A stretch of DNA of 64,000 nt from Gammaproteobacteria bacterium (GCA_963662355.1 OY759361.1:456031-520030); one strand, 5' to 3'. Shown: positions 10,589-19,985, counted from the stretch's first letter. The notes: generated by a model from the sequence alone, not told the origin. Program-made: numbers and translations.

Positions 10589-11112
10589 CCCAAACGGGTA
10601 GTGTATGAATTTGAAATGCACCTTTCTCGATAGAAAAAATTCTTATCTATTTACAGACTTGTCATTTAACAGGTAATTGTCTAGGTGCCTATCCCTAAAC
10701 GCTTATCTATCAAACCTACAATCAGTGACGCTTTATTCCCGTTAGCGTCTAAAAAGCCTGTCCAAACACAAAAATCTTTCCGGTGTGCAATTCCCTCCAC
10801 GAATACCTTAAACCTGTGTATATACTATATTAGAACATACTGATATACAAATTTATTGGATAGGATACAAGGAGGGTAGAGAAGTGCGAATTCTCATTGA
10901 GAATTCGACATTACATATTCTGATTAACAGGTAGCTTAGGGCGGGAAGCCGCACAGGGGAGTAAGGAGGACCCGAACGCAACCTCTTAGAATCAAATAAA
11001 ATGCCGTACCAGCAGTCGTTAGTCCACTGGTACGGCGGGAGCAAAGAGGATGTCTACTTCCTCTTGGACATCGGCCCGGAGTAATCACACAACCGGGCCG
11101 GTGTTCTATCTA

Positions 11113-12669
11113 CTACTCATTAGTAGCGCCAAAGGCACCGATTACATGACCATCAGTAAAGTGGCCTGTAAATTCGCCAGCTGCACCACCAGGATACGTG
11201 TTTTCAGCTGACTGATCAGCTGCTGTATCTGCATTTGGCCCAAAGAAAGCACCTCTCCACTGACCCATGGAGTTTCCTGTCCCTGTAGTGCCCTCAAAAG
11301 CATCTGATCGGCTACCTGTTGTGCCTAATGGAGCACGATTAAGAAGGAGGTTCCAGTTTGCGCTAATCACATCTCCATAGGCATTCTGGAAATTGTCCAC
11401 TGTGCCGCTGACTGAGAATGCCTCATTAGCAGAAATGTGACCAACCTCTATAGTGGAATCTGTAGGAGTTTCGTTTCCAAAATGTGCTGTCAAACTTACA
11501 TCAGCAGAAAATTGACCAGCATACGCCGGGGTTCCTACTACTTCTCCGTCTACCACAGAAAGTTCTTTCTTGGCATAAAGACCGGTTGCAGATCCTTCAT
11601 AGGTTGCAGTTCCATGCAGATCTGCAATAGCTTGGTTGGCGTTTGTACGGTCACCATCATCGTCAAACGGCATACTTCCACCAGAAAACGCACCCACTCC
11701 ATACTTTGTGCCACTTCCCATTGCCATGGTCTGTACCCAATATCCAAATGACAAGTAATCTGTATCTGGCATAGCACCAGCAATAGCGTGTGCATCTTGG
11801 GTGTCATCTACTGTTTTCGTAGGCGTAAACGTAAGCGAGCCTGCAGTTACTTGTACCCCGCCTGTTGATTGCTCTACTGTGCATGCGTCACCTCCGCATG
11901 CGTAAGATCCCGGAACCCCTCTGAATGTACCCGAAAACATCGAGCTAGCATCAAGCTCTCGTGTTACGGTGTCACTGCCTGTCGCACCTGATGGAAAACC
12001 AGAACCTGTGATTGCATTGTCACCTCCAGCTGTAATATCAGAATCTTCTGTGAAGGTAAGTACGCGGTAGGTTGTTTCTCCAGGATCATTAGCCGCAGCG
12101 GCACCCGTTGTGATGTCGGTATGAGTTGTGCCGTCTGCATAGACAGTATTAAATGGCACGGCTTTAGCAGCTTCTACGTTCGTATACACTGTTATTGTGT
12201 CGGTTTTTCCTGTAGTTGTTGTCCTCTCATGAACACTCGCACTAAACCCTGAACCTGACATGTCAATGCGAGAAGAATCTATATTTTGAAACTCGTTCGC
12301 ATTTCTGATATTGACATCGTTCTTGTCTAAAATATCTACCATTGTACCAGTGGTGACTGTAGTCTGGCCTCCGGTACCGAAGGCAAATTCTCCAGTTGGT
12401 CGCCTTTTTGTAAGTTCGTTGTCCATCGGTTCGGGCAGCTTGCCATCACCATCCGGATCAGCAATCGCCTCGGTCAAGCCCATGACCCTAGCTTGTTCAG
12501 CAGCCAATTCTTCTTCCGTTGGCCCTTCAGGTTCCGTAGGCATTTCAGGTTCCGTAGGCATTTCAGGCGTAACTGGTGTGTCTGGCACACTGCTACTGCC
12601 ACCGCCCCCTCCACACGCTGCTAGTGTGAAAGCAAACAGTAAAATAATAAGCATAGAAGTAAACTTCAT
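11113..12669 (-). CDS. Surface lipoprotein with C-terminal TbpB-like beta-barrel
   Basis: Signal peptide with lipobox LAAC followed by GGGGG; Pro/Glu-rich linker; C-terminal 'GQWRGAFFGP...AGEFTGHF..GHVIGAFGA'. Confidence 0.8.
   Translation of the reverse strand: MKFTSMLIILLFAFTLAACGGGGGSSSVPDTPVTPEMPTEPEMPTEPEGPTEEELAAEQARVMGLTEAIADPDGDGKLPEPMDNELTKRRPTGEFAFGTGGQTTVTTGTMVDILDKNDVNIRNANEFQNIDSSRIDMSGSGFSASVHERTTTTGKTDTITVYTNVEAAKAVPFNTVYADGTTHTDITTGAAAANDPGETTYRVLTFTEDSDITAGGDNAITGSGFPSGATGSDTVTRELDASSMFSGTFRGVPGSYACGGDACTVEQSTGGVQVTAGSLTFTPTKTVDDTQDAHAIAGAMPDTDYLSFGYWVQTMAMGSGTKYGVGAFSGGSMPFDDDGDRTNANQAIADLHGTATYEGSATGLYAKKELSVVDGEVVGTPAYAGQFSADVSLTAHFGNETPTDSTIEVGHISANEAFSVSGTVDNFQNAYGDVISANWNLLLNRAPLGTTGSRSDAFEGTTGTGNSMGQWRGAFFGPNADTAADQSAENTYPGGAAGEFTGHFTDGHVIGAFGATNE
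12526..12567. repeat. 18-bp tandem repeat encoding the PEMPTE linker
   Basis: TTCAGGTTCCGTAGGCAT twice plus a partial copy. Confidence 0.85.
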
Positions 12670-13074
12670 TTCACTCTCCCTCTTCAAAGTAGACATCAAC
12701 TTCCCGGACACTATAGGTGCCGAGCCATTTGTCAACGTCAACTAAGAAAATGGAAGTCTCTGCCTGTTTCCACAGAACATAGAAAATGAAGCCTAATTAC
12801 ATGCTCGAATGGTGTTACATTCGGCAGATAACCCAGCTTCGGGGTCTTAGTTGAATTGACAAGCGCAATATTAACTTGCAAAAAATTTGTATGCAAGTAA
12901 ATTCTTTATGATGTAAGCAAATAGGAGTCTTAATTTGTTGTATGTCTGTATACAAGGTTTACCAAATAGATAAGATTAATTGTGTATTTATATGGTATTG
13001 ACTTTGGCGCAAAATTCAAGTACGGTTTATTCCAGGAATATTAATAACTTAACTAACATTTACGGGGTAGAGAA

Positions 13075-13308
13075 ATGGGTAGAGTTATCGGACCAAATGG
13101 TGAAATAAGACCATCTGATCCTGTTGCCAATGCATTACGCATTTGTAAAATAGCTACAGGTGAAGCTAAAGAAGAATATGTAGATAATCGACGTAAAGGT
13201 GGCCTTAAAGGAGGCAAGGCTAGGGCAAAAAAATTGTCTCCTGAAGAACGGAAGGCGATTGCTGTTAAAGCTGCTAACACTAGATGGGGTAAACACGCCG
13301 CAGGCTAA
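13075..13308 (+). CDS. Small basic protein of the type often found beside IS1/IS1595-like transposases
   Basis: 77 aa, 'RPSDPVANA...IATGE...KGGLKGGKARAKKLSPEERKAIA.KAA..RW'; followed by a terminator. Confidence 0.8.
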   Translation: MGRVIGPNGEIRPSDPVANALRICKIATGEAKEEYVDNRRKGGLKGGKARAKKLSPEERKAIAVKAANTRWGKHAAG

Positions 13309-13336
13309 ATCTAATACATCTTCATTTCCCTTTTAT

Positions 13337-13365
13337 AAACCCGGATTCAAGTCCGGGTTTTTTTT
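13337..13365 (+). terminator. Intrinsic terminator
   Basis: AAACCCGGA-ttcaag-TCCGGGTTT followed by a T run. Confidence 0.85.
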
Positions 13366-13420
13366 GCCTGACGAATTCCTTAATTATAATTAGATTTTTT
13401 TATTGACACATAAGAAATGC

Positions 13421-13448
13421 TTGACAACAGCATTTTGTCAGGTACAAT
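13421..13448 (+). promoter_or_regulatory. Sigma70-like transposase promoter overlapped by an inverted repeat
   Basis: TTGACA-N16-TACAAT, containing TGACAA...TTGTCA. Confidence 0.65.
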
Positions 13449-13505
13449 TGTGGTTATGAAACTAAATGATTATTACTATGAGAGTGAGGTGCATTAACAT
13501 AAAGC

Positions 13506-14471
13506 ATGAACAGGTTGTCTACAGAGAAACGAGCATTAATCCTTCAAGCGTTGGTTGAAGGCAATTCGATGCGCTCCGCTTCCCGGCTAGCAAATGTAGA
13601 TGTCAATACGGTAACCCGGTTGATGTCAGCTGCAGGATCTGTCTGTGCTGATTACCACGATAGGAAAGTGCGCAAACTTGATGGTTTCCACAGGATTGAA
13701 ATTGATGAGATTTGGGCGTTCGTATATGCCAAGGATTATAAACTGAGGCATAACCTTGTAAAAAATGCCCCACCTGTATCAGGCAGTGCATGGACCTTCA
13801 CGGCCTTGGATGCGGACACCAAGCTGATAATCAGTTACTTGGTCGCTGAACGTAATGAATTTGGCGCAGGATTGTTTGTACAGGACCTGTGCTCAAGGTT
13901 GACTCGACCACCACAAATTACAGCAGATGGATTCATACCTTACAAGGCGGCTGTTGAAGATGCTTTTGGTGCTTATTCAAACTTTTCACAGGTAATAAAA
14001 AGTTTTGAATCCGACAAGATGAAAGAAAAATATAAATCTGAGGATGTAGACAATATTGAAAACCTAGGAGAGTACGAAGGTAGAAAATATAAACATTTTC
14101 CTAAAAGAGAAACAAAAATTGAAAAACGTATAGTCGCAGGCAATCCTGATATGGATATGGCTACTACGTCTCATGTAGAACGCAATAACCTTAACATACG
14201 AATGTTTAATCGCAGATTTACAAGGTTGACTAACGCTTTTTCAAAAAGGATAGATAAGCTTATAGACTCGATTAACCTACATTTCCTGTACTCCAATTTT
14301 TGCAGGATTCATGGTTCCCTTCGCGTAACTCCTGCCATGGAAGCAGGACTTACCGATACGGTGCATGATCTGGAGTGGCTTGTAGGTATGATCGATGACA
14401 GCACAACGCCACCCAAGCGGCCCAAGCATTACAAGAAGAAGAAAAAGGCAAGAGAGCAAGTGTCTATATAA
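13506..14471 (+). CDS. IS1-family DDE transposase (single ORF)
   Basis: N-terminal HTH (EGNSMRSASRL); catalytic region IEIDEIWAFV, ITADG, TSHVERNNL..R...RRFTRLTNAFSK; TPAMEAGL. Confidence 0.9.
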   Translation: MNRLSTEKRALILQALVEGNSMRSASRLANVDVNTVTRLMSAAGSVCADYHDRKVRKLDGFHRIEIDEIWAFVYAKDYKLRHNLVKNAPPVSGSAWTFTALDADTKLIISYLVAERNEFGAGLFVQDLCSRLTRPPQITADGFIPYKAAVEDAFGAYSNFSQVIKSFESDKMKEKYKSEDVDNIENLGEYEGRKYKHFPKRETKIEKRIVAGNPDMDMATTSHVERNNLNIRMFNRRFTRLTNAFSKRIDKLIDSINLHFLYSNFCRIHGSLRVTPAMEAGLTDTVHDLEWLVGMIDDSTTPPKRPKHYKKKKKAREQVSI

Positions 14472-14526
14472 TCATTTTTTATGTAATACTATTTTTGACA
14501 ATATTCGCAAATTCTGTATTATCTAA

Positions 14527-14588
14527 GTTGGATTGGGAGTTCCTGGTCGGCATCTAGCCTTGGTGTATACCGAGGCTTTTCGTTTTTT
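14527..14588 (+). ncRNA. Putative small RNA 1 upstream of the NYN gene
   Basis: Promoter TTGACA(14495)-N16-TATTAT(14517); GU-rich hairpin; terminator AGCCTTGGT-gtat-ACCGAGGCT plus T tract. Confidence 0.5.
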
Positions 14589-14627
14589 AAGGGAAAGTGT
14601 TTTATCCCCTAATACATTATGAAATCC

Positions 14628-14689
14628 AAAAAAAACGCCAGCCTCTAGAAGCTGGCGTTCTGGCCGAGGCATGAAAACCTCGGTGTGGT
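14628..14689 (-). ncRNA. Putative small RNA 2, antisense to the NYN leader
   Basis: Minus-strand promoter TTGACT(14723)-N16-TACAAT(14701); hairpin CCGAGG/CCTCGG; terminator AACGCCAGC/GCTGGCGTT plus U8. Confidence 0.5.
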
Positions 14690-14733
14690 AACTCAATTGT
14701 ACAGAATTAAAATTTCTAGTCAATATAAATAAT

Positions 14734-15357
14734 ATGCCAGAAAACCAAAGAGTTATTGTATATATTGATGGGTACAATTTGTATTTTGGCCTCGATTATG
14801 TGTATGGAGGCCGATATAAATGGTTAGATTTACAAGCACTTTCAGAAAGTTTTCTGAAACCTGACATGACACTAGTTACTGTTAAGTACTTCACTACTAA
14901 AACAACAATTACACCTGATGCAAATAAACGACAGGCAATCTATCTAAAAGCATTAGATACGTATTGCAACAAGCTAGAATTTTATTACGGTAAATTTTTT
15001 TCTAAGAAAAATAAGTGCGGAAAGTGTGGTTATAAACGTGTCACTCCAAAAGAGAAAATGACCGATGTAAATATTGCATGTCATATACTGAATGATGCTC
15101 ATTTTGATTTTTATGACTGTTGCTATATTGTGTCTGGTGACAGTGACTTGTTACCTCTTGTTGAAATGGTGAAAGAAAATTATCCTGATAAACACATAAT
15201 TGTGGCACACCCACCAGAGCGTAAGAGTGATGCCCTTTGTGATATGGCGAATGGTTCATTCGCAATCGGTAAACATAAATTAAAAAGAAGTCAATTGCCA
15301 AATAAGATCACAATTGCAAATGGTAAAGAATTAATCAAGCCGATAGAATGGCAATAG
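14734..15357 (+). CDS. NYN-domain (LabA/DUF88, PIN-like) ribonuclease
   Basis: VYIDGYNLY, EKMTDVNIA and VSGDSDL acidic motifs; CxxC insert. Confidence 0.9.
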   Translation: MPENQRVIVYIDGYNLYFGLDYVYGGRYKWLDLQALSESFLKPDMTLVTVKYFTTKTTITPDANKRQAIYLKALDTYCNKLEFYYGKFFSKKNKCGKCGYKRVTPKEKMTDVNIACHILNDAHFDFYDCCYIVSGDSDLLPLVEMVKENYPDKHIIVAHPPERKSDALCDMANGSFAIGKHKLKRSQLPNKITIANGKELIKPIEWQ

Positions 15358-15614
15358 TCTCAGGTTTTTAACACTTTAATTGTCGGGCATCATCCGTAAA
15401 CAAAGGAACAAAAACGATTTAAACTTTCTACCCATCTGCCTTTTGTAGGCTTACAGAATTGCGGAGGCAATCGCAACTCTATGAAGCCAAACTTAACCCT
15501 AAATTTCAAACTCATACACTACCCCCAAACGCTTAAACTATTCCGTTTTTTCATAACCTGATATACTATGTGGTTCGGCTCAAAGAATTGCAGACCAGGG
15601 GCAGTAAACACCGA

Positions 15615-17435
15615 ATGGATGAGAATCAGCAGCAATCCAACAGCATCAAACGACTTATCGCAAAAGGCAAGGACCAAGGTTTCCTGACATATACAGAAGT
15701 CAACGATCATCTCCCGAGCGGCATCGTTGACCCTGAACAAATCGAAGAGATCGTGAGCACGATCACGGACATGGGCATCAACGTCCATGAGCAGGCGCCT
15801 GATTCAGACAGCCTGATCCTTACAGACAGTACCGCAACAGACGATGATGTCGAGGAAGCAGCCGCGGCCCTGGCAACCGTTGACAGCGAGTTTGGCCGCA
15901 CTACTGACCCGGTACGCATGTACATGCGCGAAATGGGAATTGTCAACCTGCTGACCCGTGAAGGCGAAATCCTGATTGCCAAACGCATCGAGGAAGGCCT
16001 GCGCCAGGTGCTGCTGGCGATCGGTCACTATCCATCCACCATCCAGAAGCTGCTGAAGTTCTATGCAAAAGTCAAGTCAGAGGATGCCCGCCTGACAGAC
16101 CTGATTATCGGGTTTGTTGACATGGACGAAGACACCAATGCTATTCCACCCCCTGCGACGCAAGTCACCCAGAATGGCAAGAATGAAACTGCCAGTGAGG
16201 ATGAAGAAGACGAGAAAGAACTGGATACAGGTCCTGATCCCAAAGAGGTCCTTGCGTATTTTACAAAGCTGGAAAGGATGTACAAAAAATTCTGTACGGC
16301 ATCCGGCGATGAGAAAAAGCAACGAGCAGGGCGTGAAAAGCTTGCCAAAGAGTTTGCTTCGATCAATCTCACACCCAAGGTGGTCGATGTACTGACCGCT
16401 GACTTCAAATGGATGGTTGGCCGGATTCGGATACACGAGTCGCGCATCAGGCACATGTGCACCCGCGATGCAAGAATGCCGCGCGACAGGTTCATCAAGT
16501 CATTCCCCGGAAATGAGACAAACCTCGACTGGATTGTCTCCATCACCAAGTCGTCACGGGCCAAGTATGCGAAGGCCCTTGCAGAACTGAAACCCGATAT
16601 CATCAAGGAACAGGACAAGCTGATCTCGATCGAACGTGAAACAGGGCTTACGATTCGCGAAATACGGGACATCAACCGGCATATGTCAATCGGTGAAGCC
16701 AAGGCGAGCCGTGCCAAGAAAGAAATGGTCGAGGCCAACCTGCGCCTGGTCATTTCGATTGCCAAAAAATACACCAACCGGGGCCTGCAGTTCCTGGACC
16801 TCATCCAGGAAGGCAACATCGGTTTGATGAAAGCGGTGGACAAATTCGAATATCGGCGGGGATACAAGTTTTCAACTTATGCCACGTGGTGGATTCGCCA
16901 GGCTATTACCCGGTCCATAGCAGACCAGGCCCGCACCATACGAATCCCGGTACACATGATTGAAACCATCAACAAGCTGAACCGGATTTCACGGCAGATG
17001 CTGCAGGAAAAGGGGCGCGAACCGACTCCTGAAGAATTGGCCGAGCGCATGGAAATGCCCGAAGAGAAAGTGCGAAAGGTTCTGAAAATTGCCAAGGAAC
17101 CCATTTCCATGGAAACCCCGATCGGGGACGATGAAGATTCCCATCTAGGTGACTTCATTGAAGATGTCATCATTGAATCGCCTGTGGATTCCGCATCCTT
17201 TGAAGGCCTGGGTGAGGCCACACGTGAAATTCTTGCTTCGTTGACGCCACGTGAAGCCAAGGTATTGCGCATGCGTTTCGGCATCGACATGAACACGGAT
17301 CATACTCTGGAGGAAGTGGGCAAGCAGTTTGATGTGACACGGGAGCGTATTCGCCAGATCGAGGCCAAGGCCCTGCGCAAGCTTCGCCATCCGAGCCGGT
17401 CCGAACAGCTACGCAGCTTTCTCGAGATAGAATAG
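15615..17435 (+). CDS. rpoD: RNA polymerase sigma factor RpoD
   Basis: Region 1.1, [35 protein letters not shown] and TRERIRQIE. Confidence 0.99.
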   Translation: MDENQQQSNSIKRLIAKGKDQGFLTYTEVNDHLPSGIVDPEQIEEIVSTITDMGINVHEQAPDSDSLILTDSTATDDDVEEAAAALATVDSEFGRTTDPVRMYMREMGIVNLLTREGEILIAKRIEEGLRQVLLAIGHYPSTIQKLLKFYAKVKSEDARLTDLIIGFVDMDEDTNAIPPPATQVTQNGKNETASEDEEDEKELDTGPDPKEVLAYFTKLERMYKKFCTASGDEKKQRAGREKLAKEFASINLTPKVVDVLTADFKWMVGRIRIHESRIRHMCTRDARMPRDRFIKSFPGNETNLDWIVSITKSSRAKYAKALAELKPDIIKEQDKLISIERETGLTIREIRDINRHMSIGEAKASRAKKEMVEANLRLVISIAKKYTNRGLQFLDLIQEGNIGLMKAVDKFEYRRGYKFSTYATWWIRQAITRSIADQARTIRIPVHMIETINKLNRISRQMLQEKGREPTPEELAERMEMPEEKVRKVLKIAKEPISMETPIGDDEDSHLGDFIEDVIIESPVDSASFEGLGEATREILASLTPREAKVLRMRFGIDMNTDHTLEEVGKQFDVTRERIRQIEAKALRKLRHPSRSEQLRSFLEIE

Positions 17436-17463
17436 AATCTGCACTTTCGGTGCAAGCAACCCC

Positions 17464-17540
17464 GGGCCTGTAGCTCAGTTGGTTAGAGCAGAGGACTCAT
17501 AATCCTTTGGTCGTAGGTTCGAGTCCTACCGGGCCCATCA
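17464..17540 (+). tRNA. tRNA with CAU anticodon, probably tRNA-Ile2; genomic 3' end reads TCA
   Basis: Cloverleaf GGGCCTG...CGGGCCC-A; anticodon loop CTCATAA; T arm GGTTCGAGTCC; position after rpoD favours Ile2 over Met. Confidence 0.92.
17496..17540 (+). repeat. attL, 45-bp direct repeat (tRNA 3' half)
   Basis: Identical to 32886-32930 except TCA versus CCA at the end. Confidence 0.95.
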
Positions 17541-17544
17541 ATTA

Positions 17545-17608
17545 TATCAATTACTTATGTATTTACTCTTTTCAGTCCCTGTATCATTCGGTACAATTCC
17601 GGTACACT
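17545..17608 (+). promoter_or_regulatory. IHF site and putative integrase arm-type sites
   Basis: TATCAATTACTTA fits WATCAANNNNTTR; CGGTACAATTCCGGTACACT (17589-17608) recurs near attR as CGGTACGTTACCGGAACACT (32747-32766), 16/20 identical. Confidence 0.6.
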
Positions 17609-17625
17609 TATATCGAGATAGACAT

Positions 17626-18666
17626 GTGGCGACCATAAGCAAAACTCCCTCAAACACTTGGAAGGCAATCATCCGCAAGCGCGGCTGGCCGACCACGATC
17701 AAGACCTTTCGTACTAAGCGCGATGCCCAGGACTGGGCACGTCGTACCGAGGATGAGATGGTGCGCGGAGTGTATATCGACCGGGCCGGATCAGATCGTC
17801 TTTTGTTAGATCATGCACTGAATCGCTACCTGCGCGAAGTTTCTTCCACCAAGCGAGCCACCACGGCCTATGCCGAGCACCACAAGGCCAAGGCATTAAA
17901 AGAAAGCCTGGGGGCTTACAGCCTGGCTGCAATCACTCCGAATCTCGTGGCTCAGTACCGGGATAAACGACTGGAGATGGGCAAGTCCAACAACACTGTC
18001 CGTCTGGAGCTGTCCCTGCTCTCGCACTTGTTCACCATCGCCATCAAGGAATGGCAGGTGGGCCTCTTCTACAACCCTGTGGCTAATATCCGAAAACCCT
18101 CACCTGGTAAAGGTCGCGACCGAAGACTGAGTACAGAAGAGGAAAAAAACCTGTTCAAAGCCTGTGATAGTCATTCCAATCCAATGCTGGGCTGGATGGC
18201 CCGCATTGCACTGTACACCGGCATGCGCGCCGGGGAGATCAAGTCGCTAACGCGCTTACAGGTAGACTTGGAGAAGCGCACTGTACATCTTACGGACACC
18301 AAAAACGGATCATCACGGACTGTGCCACTTTCTAGGCAGGCCACGGATGTTTTCCATGTTGCTCTCGGCAATCCTGTACGACCTTTAGATACGGACCTAA
18401 TATTCTGGGGTGAACCTGGAAGAGATGGAGTTCGCCGCCCCTATGAGTTTCGCCCGGCGTGGAGCCGCACCTTGAAGAAAGCCGGCATTGAAGGCCTTCG
18501 TTTCCACGATCTTCGCCATGAAGCGGTATCACGTCTGGTCGAGGCGGGTCTAGGAGACCAAGAGGTGTCTGCGATCTCTGGGCACAAGTCCATGCAGATG
18601 CTCAAGCGCTATACGCACCTGCGCGCAGAGGAACTAGTGGAACGTTTGGATCAGGCCATAGGTTGA
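17626..18666 (+). CDS. Tyrosine integrase of the island
   Basis: TGMRAGEI, TKNG, FHDLRH, ISGHK and RYTHL; immediately inside attL; GTG start. Confidence 0.95.
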   Translation: MATISKTPSNTWKAIIRKRGWPTTIKTFRTKRDAQDWARRTEDEMVRGVYIDRAGSDRLLLDHALNRYLREVSSTKRATTAYAEHHKAKALKESLGAYSLAAITPNLVAQYRDKRLEMGKSNNTVRLELSLLSHLFTIAIKEWQVGLFYNPVANIRKPSPGKGRDRRLSTEEEKNLFKACDSHSNPMLGWMARIALYTGMRAGEIKSLTRLQVDLEKRTVHLTDTKNGSSRTVPLSRQATDVFHVALGNPVRPLDTDLIFWGEPGRDGVRRPYEFRPAWSRTLKKAGIEGLRFHDLRHEAVSRLVEAGLGDQEVSAISGHKSMQMLKRYTHLRAEELVERLDQAIG

Positions 18667-18910
18667 ACAAGCACCCAACATGGTTCACACCCCGCGCATC
18701 TGTGATGCTCTCGAACTCCGAAGCCACCGCACCAATAGACAAAAAAGGTTTTTCCAGTATCTTATCAGTATCGGCGCTCTTTCCCGGCTCCTCCTCTGCT
18801 CGAATTAGTTTCGCTCCCAGGACATGATAATGGCTATCCAACTTTTTTGACCAACATGCAATCCGGAGAGGAATTATCTACCTGACTCCACCAGTACCTC
18901 AAATCCCCGT

Positions 18911-19807
18911 TTACTCTACTTCCTCGAAGTCATCGCTTACGAATCGGTCCAAACTGAATTCCTCGCTGAATGACGCGGAAAAATGATGGCGTCGTAGTTC
19001 CATTCGGTGCTGAGTCCCATGAGCTATTGCGTGGTTCACGACTTCCTCTATGCAGCTACGCTTCCATACCAGTCCAAGGTCCGAATCAGTACGCAATCTG
19101 CCAGAATAGACACCCAGGAAGTAGTTCATAGCTTGTTTTGCCTGCCAATCCTTATCCTTGTGCGTGATGACATCTCCCTTTTTGAACCGCGCCCACACTG
19201 GAGAACCTGACTGACCGGGGCGCGATTTGCAGTCAATTAGGAATATCGGCAAATCTGCAATGTTTACATCCGGTTCCGATGCGATGAAGCCCTTCGACCA
19301 AATCGGAAACGGTCCCCCGATTTGGCCATATGGGTATCCGATGACCTGTAGCTCACTACCCACATCCCACCGGTGCCAGTTGCCATGCGATGAGACGCTC
19401 TCTAATGAGATGCTATTTTTCTCTCCTATGATATTTACCATCTCCTTGACGGGCAGCGCTACGATGTCAGCCTTGGCGCCCAAAATGGGATGCTCGACCC
19501 AAGATGGCACTTTGGGATTTGCATGGTCTACCAAGTCGATGTGGTAGTGGACTTCCTTCGGACCATGTAGTGTAACAATGGCATGGTCCGGTATGCCGCA
19601 TCCCTTATGAAGCGGCTTACCGGTGATGTTATCGCGACCGGTGAAGTTGTGGCGGTTGGTGACAAGTACTGGTCCGTCCGCAGTCATGACGAAGAAACAG
19701 GTTCCGCTCGAAAGCAGTGTATGCCCAAAGTACATCCTTATATACCGGGACACCCCAGAGAGACTGTCGAAGAAACCCTTTACCTCAGGTTCGCCTTTGT
19801 CTTGCAT
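18911..19807 (-). CDS. Trypsin-like serine protease
   Basis: Triad motifs VTNRH, ADIVAL and PGQSGSPV; no signal peptide. Confidence 0.85.
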   Translation of the reverse strand: MQDKGEPEVKGFFDSLSGVSRYIRMYFGHTLLSSGTCFFVMTADGPVLVTNRHNFTGRDNITGKPLHKGCGIPDHAIVTLHGPKEVHYHIDLVDHANPKVPSWVEHPILGAKADIVALPVKEMVNIIGEKNSISLESVSSHGNWHRWDVGSELQVIGYPYGQIGGPFPIWSKGFIASEPDVNIADLPIFLIDCKSRPGQSGSPVWARFKKGDVITHKDKDWQAKQAMNYFLGVYSGRLRTDSDLGLVWKRSCIEEVVNHAIAHGTQHRMELRRHHFSASFSEEFSLDRFVSDDFEEVE

Positions 19808-19985
19808 CTAACTGCTCTTCATTGGGTGAGTCGATTCAAGTGGACAATTTCCATGTGGAGCACTTTTGTCTGCTTGTCGTCATGATTTACTCTCCTTTGC
19901 CAACTTGGACAAAATATTGTGCCAATTCTCTTACCTGTCGGCTCCAATTCTCACTGGTAAACCGGCTTGGACATACTCTAATGCT

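Larger units (their letters stand above)
10597..15523. mobile_element. IS1-family cargo-carrying transposon (4927 bp)
   Basis: TIRs GGTAGTGTATGAATTTGAAAT (10597-10617) and ATTTCAAACTCATACACTACC (15503-15523), 20/21 match; direct repeat CCCAAACG at 10589-10596 and 15524-15531; internal IS1-like transposase; AT-rich relative to flanks. Confidence 0.92.
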
